DNA of 64,000 nucleotides from the NCBI GenBank assembly GCA_037189525.1, contig JBBCJC010000005.1:960001-1024000 (forward strand), read 5' to 3'. Of this stretch, positions 31,241 to 40,224 are shown in pieces (within the stretch, counting starts at the first letter, position 1; each line of letters starts with the position of its first letter). The position numbers and the translations under genes are program-made. Under the pieces are notes generated by a model. The model did no database searches, had not been told where the DNA came from, and saw nothing but the letters and a program-made list of their open reading frames with translations. Source of the stretch: Gemmatimonadales bacterium. GTDB lineage: Bacteria > Gemmatimonadota > Gemmatimonadetes > Gemmatimonadales > GWC2-71-9.

Positions 31241-31753
31241 ATGACCGACAATTCCAGAGAGCAGCCCACCCGGACCGGGAGCTTTCGCGCTGCCGTCCGG
31301 GCCGGCGCCAACGTCACGGAATACACCCGCGCAGGCGCGGGTCGCCCCGTCCTCCTGCTGCTGCAGCGACTCGGCCAGGACCCGGCCTATCCGGCCGAAA
31401 TCCTGACCGCCATTGCAAACCAGTTCCGCGTCATTTCTCCGGAGCGGATTCCGAGCGGCACCGATTTCGGGGAGTGGCTCAGCACCTTCCTCGACGGACT
31501 CGGCCTCGAGGCGATCAGCATCGTCACCGAGGACGAATTCGGGGTCCCGGTGTTCGGGTTCGCCCTGCTTGAGCCGGCCCGCGTCCATCGCGTCGTCGTC
31601 CTGTCCAGGACCAGCCCGGAAACCGATGCCACTGGGGCGGCCGTCGCCAGCCCCGATGCGGCCGCCGGCTCCCATCCGTTTCTGATCGTTCGCTACGGCG
31701 GCCCCGTCGACGAAACGGTTCAGAAGGTGGTCCAGTTCCTGGCCGCGCCGTAA
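31241..31753 (+). CDS. Minimal, probably inactive alpha/beta-hydrolase-fold protein
   Basis: 'EYTRAGAGRPVLLL', 'FRVISP', 'FLDGLGLEAISIV', 'FALLEPARVHRVVVL' trace the fold. The GxSxG elbow reads 'TEDEFG'. Confidence 0.6.
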   Translation: MTDNSREQPTRTGSFRAAVRAGANVTEYTRAGAGRPVLLLLQRLGQDPAYPAEILTAIANQFRVISPERIPSGTDFGEWLSTFLDGLGLEAISIVTEDEFGVPVFGFALLEPARVHRVVVLSRTSPETDATGAAVASPDAAAGSHPFLIVRYGGPVDETVQKVVQFLAAP

Positions 31754-31778
31754 CTTCGGAACGACCGTCACGATCCCC

Positions 31779-34655
31779 ATGGCCACCGACCTCGCCACAC
31801 CGCCTCTGACTCCAGCCGGCCTTCCGGCTGCGCTGACCCGTTTCGTCGGGCGGAGCAGAGAGTTGGGCGACCTCGAGGGCCTGTTGGCCGCCCATCGGCT
31901 GCTCACCCTGACGGGCGCGGGCGGCAGCGGGAAAACCCGGCTGGCCCGCGAAGTCGTGACCCGCAGCCAACTCGGCTGGGATCGCATCGTCTGGGTCGAC
32001 CTGGCGCCGCTGGCTGAGCCCGCCTTGATCGCTCCGCAGCTGGCGAATGGATTCGGACTGATGGAAACGGCGGGTCATTCACCCGTCGACCTGATCCGGC
32101 GGGCCGTCGGCAACGAGCGGGTCCTCCTGATCCTGGACAACTGCGAGCATCTGATCGATGCAATCGCGCTCCTGGTCGAAGAGTGTCTGGGCGCGGTGCC
32201 CGACCTCAGTATCCTGGCCACGAGCCGTGAAGCACTCGGCGTCCAGGGCGAAACGGCCTGGCTGGTTCCGCCCCTCGGCGATGCCGAAGCGGCGCAGCTG
32301 TTCGTAGAACGTGGCCGGAGTGTCTCGCCCGGCTTTTCCATGACCGACGCCACGCGTCCCGCCATCGAGACCATCTGCCGGCGTCTCGACGGTATCCCGC
32401 TGGCCATCGAACTGGCGGCCGCGCGGGTTCGGGTCATTGCCCCCGACCAGATTGCCGAGCGGCTGTCGGATGCGCTCCGGCTGCTCAACGTGGGCAGTCG
32501 CACGGCGCTGCCCAGACAGCGCACCTTGCGTGGCACGCTCGACTGGAGCTTTGCGCTCCTGACGGACTTCGAACGCTGCCTGCTCGAACGGCTGGCCGTC
32601 TTTCCCGGAACCTTTTCGCTCGAGTCCGCCGAGGCCGTCGCCGCCGACGATCGCGTGGCCACGGAAGAGGTACTCGACGGAATCTCGGCGCTGGTCGACA
32701 AATCGCTGATCGTGCTCGACATCAACGACACCGGGACCCGGTATCGCTTGCTGGAAACCGTCCGCCAGTATGGTGAAGAGCGGCTCCGGGCCTCCAGCGG
32801 ATGGGACGCGGCACGCCAGCGTCACGCCGCCCATTTTCTGGCCAGCGCGGAGGCGGCGGCGCCTTATGTCTTCGGCGGCGCCTCAGACCCGGCCTGCATG
32901 GCGCGTCTGGCCGCCGATACGCCGAACTATCGCGCCCTCGCCGAGTGGGCCGCCGAGCGGAACGATCGGGCGGAGTACTCCCTGCGGCTGGGCTGGGCAC
33001 TGCACTGGTTCTGGTTTGCCCGCGGTTCCTTCGAAGAGGGACGGCTCCAGCTGCGCAACGCGCTGACCGGAGCGGAAGGCGCTGCCGTCCAGTGGCGAGC
33101 TCGCGCGTCCCTCGCGCTGGCGCATGTCGGCATCTGGCAAGGATGGCGGAGCGGCATCACGCCGTTGATGGCGCACGCCGCCGAGGGCCTGGAAGCGGCT
33201 GGCCACCAGTTCGATCTGGCCTATGCCCTGGTCGGATGGGGCGCTGGCTTCATCATCGAAGGCAATCCGGCAGAGGCCGCGCCACGGCTCGACCGGGCGG
33301 AGGGCCTGCTGGCGGGATATCCTCCGCACGTCCTGCACTCCCTGCTCAACTTCTGGCGCGGGCTCGCTGCGCAGCATCTGGGCGATCTGCGCAGTGCTCG
33401 CGCTGCCTTCGTGAACGCCGGCGACAACGGGCGGGCGATCGGCCATCAGCCGGCCATAGCGTACCCGATGGCCATGCTCGGTAGCATCGATCTCTCCGAA
33501 CAGCAGCCCCAGGATGCCCTGCGGCACTATGGCGACAGTCTGTCCATCCACGAGGCCATCGACGATCGCTGGGGCATGGTTCGCGGCCTGGAAGGAGTCG
33601 GGATGGCAGCCGGCATGCTTGGTAACGCATCCGATGCCGCAGTCCTGCTCGGCGCGGCGGAACGATTCCGCGAGCGGTACGCCATTCCGCACGCGACCGG
33701 CGAGGTGGCCGACTATCAGGCCGCGGTGGCACGCGTGCGCAGTGCTCTCGGAGCCACCGCCGAGGAGTTCTGGCAACGGGGTCACGACCTGAAACTGCGC
33801 GATGCAGTCGCCCTCGCACGCGGGCTCGTGAAGCCGCCCAGCGAGCAAGAAGCGGCACCGTCCGTTGCGTCGATCGAGGCCGCTACTTCGCAAGCGGCGT
33901 GTGCTGACCTTGCGATCTACACATTGGGAACGTTTCGCGCCGTGGTCCGCGGTGCCGAAATCGAGTCGTCTGCCTGGGGATCTGCCCGGCCCCGGGAACT
34001 CCTGGCTTTCCTTGCCCTGCATCCCAATGGGGTGTCACGAGAGCAAGCCGGGGCGGCCATGTGGCCTGAAGCGTCGGCAACCCAGGTTCGCAACAACTTT
34101 CACGTGACGATGCACCGGCTCCGCAAGGCGTTGGGCAACAGCGAGTGGATCGTCGTCGATCAGGATCGCTACCGCATCGACCCCGCGCTCACCGTTTCCT
34201 TCGATGTCCACGCATTGGAGTCGGGCGTTGGTACGCTCGCGCTCGATGACCCGGCAAACGTCGCCAGCCTGGCAGCGTTGTTGGATGGCTATCGTGGAGA
34301 CTTCCTCGCGGGCGAGCCGGCCGGCCCCTGGCGCCAGGGCATTGCCCAGCGACTGCAACGCGTCTACATCGAGGGGCAGCTCGCGCTGATCGGATGGTAT
34401 CACGCGCACGGGCACATCGAGCCGGCCATCGAGGCGTCTCGCCGGATCATCGCTCGCGATCCGCTCAACGAAGAGGCCTGGCGGTGGCTGATCCGTTGCC
34501 AGGCCGATCAGGGCAATGCCGCACCGGCGCTCGCCACCTATCGCCAGTTTACCGACCTGCTGCAGAACGAAGTCGGCGCCGCGCCGGACGACGCTACCAG
34601 GAGCCTGGCGGACCGGATTGCGGCGAGGCTTCAGCAGACCGCCGCTACGAGTTGA
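31779..34655 (+). CDS. STAND ATPase-TPR regulator with C-terminal SARP module (winged helix + BTAD)
   Basis: 'FVGR', Walker A 'GAGGSGKT', 'LILDNCEH', 'LDGIPLAIELAA', TPR-like helices, then 'LGTF...RELLAFL...WPE...RLRKAL...YRGDFL...DPLNEEAWRWLI'. Confidence 0.88.
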   Translation: MATDLATPPLTPAGLPAALTRFVGRSRELGDLEGLLAAHRLLTLTGAGGSGKTRLAREVVTRSQLGWDRIVWVDLAPLAEPALIAPQLANGFGLMETAGHSPVDLIRRAVGNERVLLILDNCEHLIDAIALLVEECLGAVPDLSILATSREALGVQGETAWLVPPLGDAEAAQLFVERGRSVSPGFSMTDATRPAIETICRRLDGIPLAIELAAARVRVIAPDQIAERLSDALRLLNVGSRTALPRQRTLRGTLDWSFALLTDFERCLLERLAVFPGTFSLESAEAVAADDRVATEEVLDGISALVDKSLIVLDINDTGTRYRLLETVRQYGEERLRASSGWDAARQRHAAHFLASAEAAAPYVFGGASDPACMARLAADTPNYRALAEWAAERNDRAEYSLRLGWALHWFWFARGSFEEGRLQLRNALTGAEGAAVQWRARASLALAHVGIWQGWRSGITPLMAHAAEGLEAAGHQFDLAYALVGWGAGFIIEGNPAEAAPRLDRAEGLLAGYPPHVLHSLLNFWRGLAAQHLGDLRSARAAFVNAGDNGRAIGHQPAIAYPMAMLGSIDLSEQQPQDALRHYGDSLSIHEAIDDRWGMVRGLEGVGMAAGMLGNASDAAVLLGAAERFRERYAIPHATGEVADYQAAVARVRSALGATAEEFWQRGHDLKLRDAVALARGLVKPPSEQEAAPSVASIEAATSQAACADLAIYTLGTFRAVVRGAEIESSAWGSARPRELLAFLALHPNGVSREQAGAAMWPEASATQVRNNFHVTMHRLRKALGNSEWIVVDQDRYRIDPALTVSFDVHALESGVGTLALDDPANVASLAALLDGYRGDFLAGEPAGPWRQGIAQRLQRVYIEGQLALIGWYHAHGHIEPAIEASRRIIARDPLNEEAWRWLIRCQADQGNAAPALATYRQFTDLLQNEVGAAPDDATRSLADRIAARLQQTAATS

Positions 34656-35097
34656 TTCGCTCGACGACCACCACTTCGAAGAGTTCCTCATTGCAGCGGA
34701 ACCGCCGGGTGATGGTCTGCGTCGAACCGGGCAGCTGCATCCGATAGTCCGACCCTTCGACCACGACAGGTAAGCCCAGCTGGCACGGCGCGGGCAGCAA
34801 TCCCTTGAGGTTCCCCCCGACCACGTTGGTCAGCTCGGCCAGCGCGTCCTGGAGGTCCTGAGGGGTGACCCCTTCGTGGGGCGTGGCAAACATCGAACTG
34901 GCGGCCTGACGCCCCATCCCTTCCGTAACGAAGAGACCGATTGCGCCTTCCCACTCTCCCGATATCGTGACGACACCGGCGTAGGGCAACGCGACACCCC
35001 GCGACGCATCGATGTCCTCTTCCCACGCGGGGAGCTGCAACATGCTCTCCCAGGTACCCTGTACGATCGGTAAAATCGATTCCTCGAGCTCAGGCAT
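34645..35097 (-). CDS. cheX: Chemotaxis phosphatase CheX
   Basis: 'VTISGEWEG', 'DALAELTNVVGGNLK', 'LGLPVV'. Confidence 0.85.
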   Translation of the reverse strand: MPELEESILPIVQGTWESMLQLPAWEEDIDASRGVALPYAGVVTISGEWEGAIGLFVTEGMGRQAASSMFATPHEGVTPQDLQDALAELTNVVGGNLKGLLPAPCQLGLPVVVEGSDYRMQLPGSTQTITRRFRCNEELFEVVVVERINS

Positions 35098-35935
35098 ACT
35101 GTGTCCTTGCACTAGGTGCGGTGTACTGGTAGACGACCGCCGACCCGACCGGCGCGCGCACGAACGCGTCATCGAGCGCCATGGTCGTCTCGGCGCTGCC
35201 AAGCATGAGGTATCCGTCGGGGGCGAGAGTTTGCCTGACCTTGCGGAAGATGTCGCGCTTCATGGTCGTGTCGAAGTAGATCAGGACGTTCCGCATCAGA
35301 ATCAGATCCATGGGCGGCAGGACCGGCCACGGTGTCGCCAGGTTCATGACCTGGCAGTCGATCATGGCCCGGATATCCTCACGCACCAGCCAATCGGTGC
35401 CCACCTTGGTGAAATACTTGAGAAGCATCGGAGCCGGCAGACCACGATTGACCTCGAGCTGCGAGAAGCGGCCCGTCCTGGTGCGCTCGACCATGACGCT
35501 CGACAGGTCGGTTGCCAGCAGGGTTACTCGCCAGTTCGCCAGCTCGGGAAAATGCTCCTTGATCAGCATCGCGAGCGTCACCGGCTCCTGCCCCGACGAG
35601 CAGGCCGCCGACCAGATGGTCAGCCGCCGAGTCGCCGCACGAGCTGCGATCAAACGCGGAAGGATGACGGTCTTGAGTGCCTCGAACGGATGGAGGTCGC
35701 GATAGAACGTGGTCTCGTTGGTCGTCATGGCCTCGACCACCTTGGTGTGCAGCGGGCTCACCGCGGTCGCTGCGAGGCGCTGCACCAGGTCATCGATGGT
35801 CTTGAACCCCTCGGCACGCGCCAGCGGCGCCAGTCGGGATTCGACCAGGTACTCCTTACCCGGATCGAGCACGATTGCCGCGCGCTTGTGAACCAGCGTG
35901 CGGACAAACTCGAAGGTCTGCGCCTGAATCGCCAT
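35090..35935 (-). CDS. cheR: Chemotaxis methyltransferase CheR
   Basis: 'TTNETTFYRD', 'IWSAACSSGQEP', 'ATDLS', 'RNVLIYFD'. Confidence 0.95.
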   Translation of the reverse strand: MAIQAQTFEFVRTLVHKRAAIVLDPGKEYLVESRLAPLARAEGFKTIDDLVQRLAATAVSPLHTKVVEAMTTNETTFYRDLHPFEALKTVILPRLIAARAATRRLTIWSAACSSGQEPVTLAMLIKEHFPELANWRVTLLATDLSSVMVERTRTGRFSQLEVNRGLPAPMLLKYFTKVGTDWLVREDIRAMIDCQVMNLATPWPVLPPMDLILMRNVLIYFDTTMKRDIFRKVRQTLAPDGYLMLGSAETTMALDDAFVRAPVGSAVVYQYTAPSARTQYA

Positions 35936-35940
35936 GGACG

Positions 35941-37056
35941 CTACCGCCCCGCCGAAGCCGTCGTGGTGTCGAACGGTCGCCGGCCAACGGCGACGGTCCT
36001 GGTGATCTCGCCGGCAATCCGGTCGAGCGGCAGCACCGCATCCGCCAGCCCAGCAGACGCAATGAATCCGGGCATACCCCAAACCACCGAAGTGGCCTCG
36101 TCCTGCACGAGAATGCGTCCATGCGCACCGCGGATCTGCTCGGCGCCGCGCAGACCATCCTGCCCCATCCCGGTCAGCACCACACCAAACGTGCCGGCGC
36201 CATAGATCGCGGCCGCCGTACGAAACATCGGATCGACCGCGGGGCGGCAGGAATTTTCCGGCGGATCCTGTGTCAGCTCGATGCGCACACGGGCGCCGTC
36301 ACGAACCAGCAGCAGATGCCAATCGCCCGGCGCAATCCAGCCGGCGCCCGGGGTCAGAACGGCGCCATCGGTGGCCTCATGAAAAGGGATCCGGCAGCGC
36401 GCCGTCAGCCGTTCTGCCAGCAGCCGCGTGAACATCGGCGGCATATGTTGGGTAACTACGATGGGGACCGGAAATGCCTCGGGCAGGTCCGCCAAAACGG
36501 TTTGCAGAGCATTGGGGCCGCCCGTCGACGCGCCGATGGCCAGCAGGTCGATCCGGCGCGCCGCGCGATCCACCGCGGCTCCGGGCCGCGGCAACGACGG
36601 CATCGGACGAATTGTCGAGACGAGATTCGGCGCCGCGATCCCGGCCACGCGCGCAGCCAGCGCCTTGACCTTCGGAATGACTTCATCCCGAATCCGCTGC
36701 TGCGCAATACTGACGCTGCCTACATTGGCGGGTTTGGTCACGTAATCCGACGCCCCGCGAGCCAGCGCATCGAGCGTAGTACCCGCCCCGCGCTCGGTCA
36801 GCGTGCTGAACATCAAGACCGGGAGCCGAGGCCAGGTTTTCCGGATTTCGACCACCGTTGCCAGACCGTCGAGTTCGGGCATTTCGACATCGAGCGTCAC
36901 GAGGTCCGGATTGACCTGCGAAATCTTCTGAAGGCCGATCCGCCCGTTAGGCGCGGTGCCGACGACCTCGATATCCGGGTCAGCCGCCAGCACGTCGGTC
37001 AGCATGCGACGCACCACCACTGCGTCGTCGACGACCAGCACACGGATCTTTCGCAT
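35941..37056 (-). CDS. cheB: Chemotaxis methylesterase/response regulator CheB
   Basis: REC domain plus 'GASTGGP', 'QHMP', 'RPAVD', 'LTGMGQDG', 'VVWGMP'. Confidence 0.95.
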   Translation of the reverse strand: MRKIRVLVVDDAVVVRRMLTDVLAADPDIEVVGTAPNGRIGLQKISQVNPDLVTLDVEMPELDGLATVVEIRKTWPRLPVLMFSTLTERGAGTTLDALARGASDYVTKPANVGSVSIAQQRIRDEVIPKVKALAARVAGIAAPNLVSTIRPMPSLPRPGAAVDRAARRIDLLAIGASTGGPNALQTVLADLPEAFPVPIVVTQHMPPMFTRLLAERLTARCRIPFHEATDGAVLTPGAGWIAPGDWHLLLVRDGARVRIELTQDPPENSCRPAVDPMFRTAAAIYGAGTFGVVLTGMGQDGLRGAEQIRGAHGRILVQDEATSVVWGMPGFIASAGLADAVLPLDRIAGEITRTVAVGRRPFDTTTASAGR

Positions 37057-37067
37057 GGTCAGGTAGC

Positions 37068-37439
37068 CTACGCCGCGACCAGTCCGAGGATGCCGAGTTT
37101 TCCCTGGAGCGACTCCTTGGTAAACGGCTTCATCAGATACTCATTGGCGCCGGCCGCCATCGCATCGTTGACCTGTGACGCCTCCGTTTCCGTCGTCGCC
37201 ATGACGATCTTGATGTCGGCATACCGCCCATCCGCCCGGACCGCCTTGACGAGTTCGAGTCCGTTCATCTCCGGCATGTTCCAGTCGCAGAGGATTACGT
37301 CAGGCATCGGCCCTTCACCAAGTTTACCGAGTGCATCTTTACCATGGCCCGCCTCGGCGCACTCGAAGCCCAACTCCCCCATGAACCGCGACAGCATGAT
37401 CCGCATGGCACGCGAATCGTCGATAATCAGTGCCCGCAC
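37068..37439 (-). CDS. cheY: Chemotaxis response regulator CheY
   Basis: Single REC domain 'IDDS...DWNMPEMNG...TTE...MKPF' inside the che operon. Confidence 0.9.
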   Translation of the reverse strand: MRALIIDDSRAMRIMLSRFMGELGFECAEAGHGKDALGKLGEGPMPDVILCDWNMPEMNGLELVKAVRADGRYADIKIVMATTETEASQVNDAMAAGANEYLMKPFTKESLQGKLGILGLVAA

Positions 37440-37457
37440 GCGTTCTTCTCCTCGCGA

Positions 37458-39329
37458 TCAGATCGTGAACCGCTGAACCAGCCGCTGCAACTCGGCCGAC
37501 ATCCGAGACAACTCCGCCGACGCCTTGAGCGAGTCCGTGGCGCCCTGGGAGGTCGAGGATGCTGCCTGCGCAACGCCCGAGATGTTCTGGGCAATCTCCG
37601 ACGACCCCTTGGCCGCTTCGCCCACGTTGCGACTCATCTCGTTGGTCGTCGCAGTCTGCTCTTCGACGGCGCTCGCAATCGTCGCCTGGATCTCGGCAAT
37701 CCGGTTGATCACGCTGGAGATTTCCTGGATCGCCGTGATCGACCCCGCGGTATCCTGCTGAATCGCTTCGATTTTCTGGCTGATGTCTTCGGTGGCCTTG
37801 GCAGTTTCCTTGGCCAGTTCCTTGACCTCGTTGGCCACGACGGCAAAGCCCTTCCCGGCCTCGCCGGCGCGCGCCGCTTCGATCGTCGCGTTGAGCGCGA
37901 GGAGATTGGTCTGCTGGGCAATTGACGTGATGACCTTGATGACCTTGCCGATCTCGGCGCTCGATTCGCCCAGCTTGGCAACGGTTGCGTTGGTCGACTC
38001 CGCAATCTTGACCGCATGCCCGGCAACCCGCGACGCTTCCGAGGCATTGGAGGCGATTTCCCGGATGCTGGCGCTCATCTCTTCCGTACCGGTCGCGACC
38101 GTCACGACGTTCTTGCTGACCTGTTCCGATGCCGCCGAGACGACACCCGCCTGCGCCGACGTTTCCTCGGCGTTAGCGCTCATCTGCTGGCTGACCGCGT
38201 TGAGCTCTTCGGCTGCCGCGGCCAGCGCGGTCGCGTTCTGCCCGATGGCCTGCATGCTTCCCCGCAGGTCATCGAGCAGCTTGGCCAACCCGCTGCCCAT
38301 CCGCCCGATGGCGTCGGTACCGGAGACCGTCACATCCCGGGTGAGATCGCCGGTCGATGCGGCGTCAACCACAGCCAGCATCGAGTCCACTTTCTCCCGG
38401 AGTTCCTGCGCAGCCTGCTGCTCCCGCTCGGCCGCCTCCCGGATCTGCCGCTCGGCGGCAAGCCGCTGCGTGATCACGTCCCAGGTGACCATGGGACCGA
38501 CATAGGCGCCGGTGGCGTCATAGATCGCGCTCACCAGCAGATCGAGCGTCTCGGGGCCAACTGCAATTTCGGCCCGATGCGGAAGGTTCTTGGGATCTGC
38601 CAGCAAGCGGCGCTGATGCGACGGGACTTTGTGGAAGATGTCGATGTTCTGGCCCAGCATCTCCGCCGCCTTGATCGGCAGATGCTGCTCCAGGGTCTGC
38701 AGGGTGCGGCTCGAAGCCGGATTGAGGTACCGGATACGCAGATCCCGATCCGCCATCATGACGTTGACCGGCGCATTCTCCAGCATCGTCATGGCCAGCG
38801 CCGCCTGCTTGGTCGCCGAGATGTCGGATGCGAATTTGACGACCTTGACCGGACGACCGTGCTCGCCAATGATGGGATTGTACGAGGCCTGAATCCAGAC
38901 CTCCTTACCACCTTTGCCGAACCGCTTGTACTCCGCGGTTTGCGACTTGCCGGAACCGAGATCGTGCCAGAACGCCTGATACTCGCGCGACGCGGCATAC
39001 TCGGGATCGATGAAGATCCGATGGTGCTGGCCGCGGATCTCGTCGAGCTGATAGCCCATCACGGCCAGAAAATTCTCGTTGGCCGCGACGATGGTCCCAT
39101 CCAGCTCGAACTCGATCACCGCCTGGGTCTTGTCGACGGCATCGAGCTTCGATCGGAGTTCATTCAACTCCTCTGCTCCGACCTCGATCGTCGCGTGAGC
39201 CCCTGTCAGCTCTGCCACTCCCTTGGCGATATCCGACACCCGGCGGTTCCGGGCCGGCGCTGCGGCATGCTTCATAACTTCCCCTTTTCCGGTCTGGCCG
39301 GCTTTGATGTGAGCGATACGACGCGTCAT
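37458..39329 (-). CDS. Soluble methyl-accepting chemotaxis protein with two PAS domains and a HAMP domain
   Basis: No TM segments. PAS1 'AVIEF..DG.I..AN...WIQASYNPI'; Aer2-like PAS2 '[13 protein letters not shown]...VTW'; signalling '[37 protein letters not shown]'. Start may be 39275. Confidence 0.92.
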   Translation of the reverse strand: MTRRIAHIKAGQTGKGEVMKHAAAPARNRRVSDIAKGVAELTGAHATIEVGAEELNELRSKLDAVDKTQAVIEFELDGTIVAANENFLAVMGYQLDEIRGQHHRIFIDPEYAASREYQAFWHDLGSGKSQTAEYKRFGKGGKEVWIQASYNPIIGEHGRPVKVVKFASDISATKQAALAMTMLENAPVNVMMADRDLRIRYLNPASSRTLQTLEQHLPIKAAEMLGQNIDIFHKVPSHQRRLLADPKNLPHRAEIAVGPETLDLLVSAIYDATGAYVGPMVTWDVITQRLAAERQIREAAEREQQAAQELREKVDSMLAVVDAASTGDLTRDVTVSGTDAIGRMGSGLAKLLDDLRGSMQAIGQNATALAAAAEELNAVSQQMSANAEETSAQAGVVSAASEQVSKNVVTVATGTEEMSASIREIASNASEASRVAGHAVKIAESTNATVAKLGESSAEIGKVIKVITSIAQQTNLLALNATIEAARAGEAGKGFAVVANEVKELAKETAKATEDISQKIEAIQQDTAGSITAIQEISSVINRIAEIQATIASAVEEQTATTNEMSRNVGEAAKGSSEIAQNISGVAQAASSTSQGATDSLKASAELSRMSAELQRLVQRFTI

Positions 39330-39781
39330 GGCAACGCCGCCCCCGCGGCGGAGATTCTGGTGGGTTCGGTCAGACGTTCGACGGCAGGCGCCTCCGCGTA
39401 TTGCGGCTCCGGCGACGCGATCATGTAGCTGGTGGCGTAGTTGGCCACGCGAAGGACGACGAAGGCCATGCCGAGGTACCGATGGGCCAGGTGCGACGAA
39501 GTTCCTGAGCGCAGCTTGCGGATGCCCAAGCCTACCTGCACGAGATAGATGATGAGCACGAGCACCGATGCTACGATATGGAACGTCAGCACCGGACCGA
39601 GCGGCGCCGTCCTGACCGTCTCGACAGCCGATCTGGTGATTTCGATATACAGCACGAGCCCCAGGTCAACCGCCAGTGCCATGACCATGAGACCGAGGTG
39701 CAGCCGCGTGCGGCGGCGGTAGTAGAGGCCCGCACCGATCAGCACCAGGACCGCGGTCGACAAGAGATGGAGCATGCTCAT
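39326..39781 (-). CDS. DUF420-like four-helix membrane protein with His residues
   Basis: Four TM segments; H28xxxM32, H68, H100 ('HRYLG'). ATGA overlaps with both cheW and the MCP. Confidence 0.6.
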   Translation of the reverse strand: MSMLHLLSTAVLVLIGAGLYYRRRTRLHLGLMVMALAVDLGLVLYIEITRSAVETVRTAPLGPVLTFHIVASVLVLIIYLVQVGLGIRKLRSGTSSHLAHRYLGMAFVVLRVANYATSYMIASPEPQYAEAPAVERLTEPTRISAAGAALP

Positions 39782-40224
39782 TTGGACCCGACCGCCTCGA
39801 GATTGGTCGCGCAGGCCCGATCGAGCACGAGCAAGAGACGATCAGACAGCTTGTAGACCCCGCGGATCAGATCCTTGGCCGTCGGCGGCATCGTTTCCGG
39901 GGTGCGCTCGAACGAGTCGTCGTCCGTTTGAATCACGTCCCCGATCTCATCGACCCAGAGACTGATGGCGCCATCCTCGGTGCGCACTACGACGTTCATC
40001 GGCTCGACCCCATCCGGCCGCGGAGCGAGTCCGAGCCGAGTGCGCAGGTCGATAGCCGTGACGATCTGGCCACGCAGATTGATCAGGCCATGCACGGCGG
40101 GAGGCGCGAGCGGCACCCGGGTGGCCTCGAGACCTCTGATCACCTCCTGCACCTGGAGGACATCGACCCCAAAGTAGAGGTCATCAACATAGAAGGTGCA
40201 GAACTGCTGAGTCGCCATGGTCAA
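39778..40224 (-). CDS. cheW: Chemotaxis adaptor CheW
   Basis: 'FGVDVLQVQEV', 'TRVPLAP..V.GLINLRGQIVTAIDL'. Confidence 0.93.
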   Translation of the reverse strand: MTMATQQFCTFYVDDLYFGVDVLQVQEVIRGLEATRVPLAPPAVHGLINLRGQIVTAIDLRTRLGLAPRPDGVEPMNVVVRTEDGAISLWVDEIGDVIQTDDDSFERTPETMPPTAKDLIRGVYKLSDRLLLVLDRACATNLEAVGSK

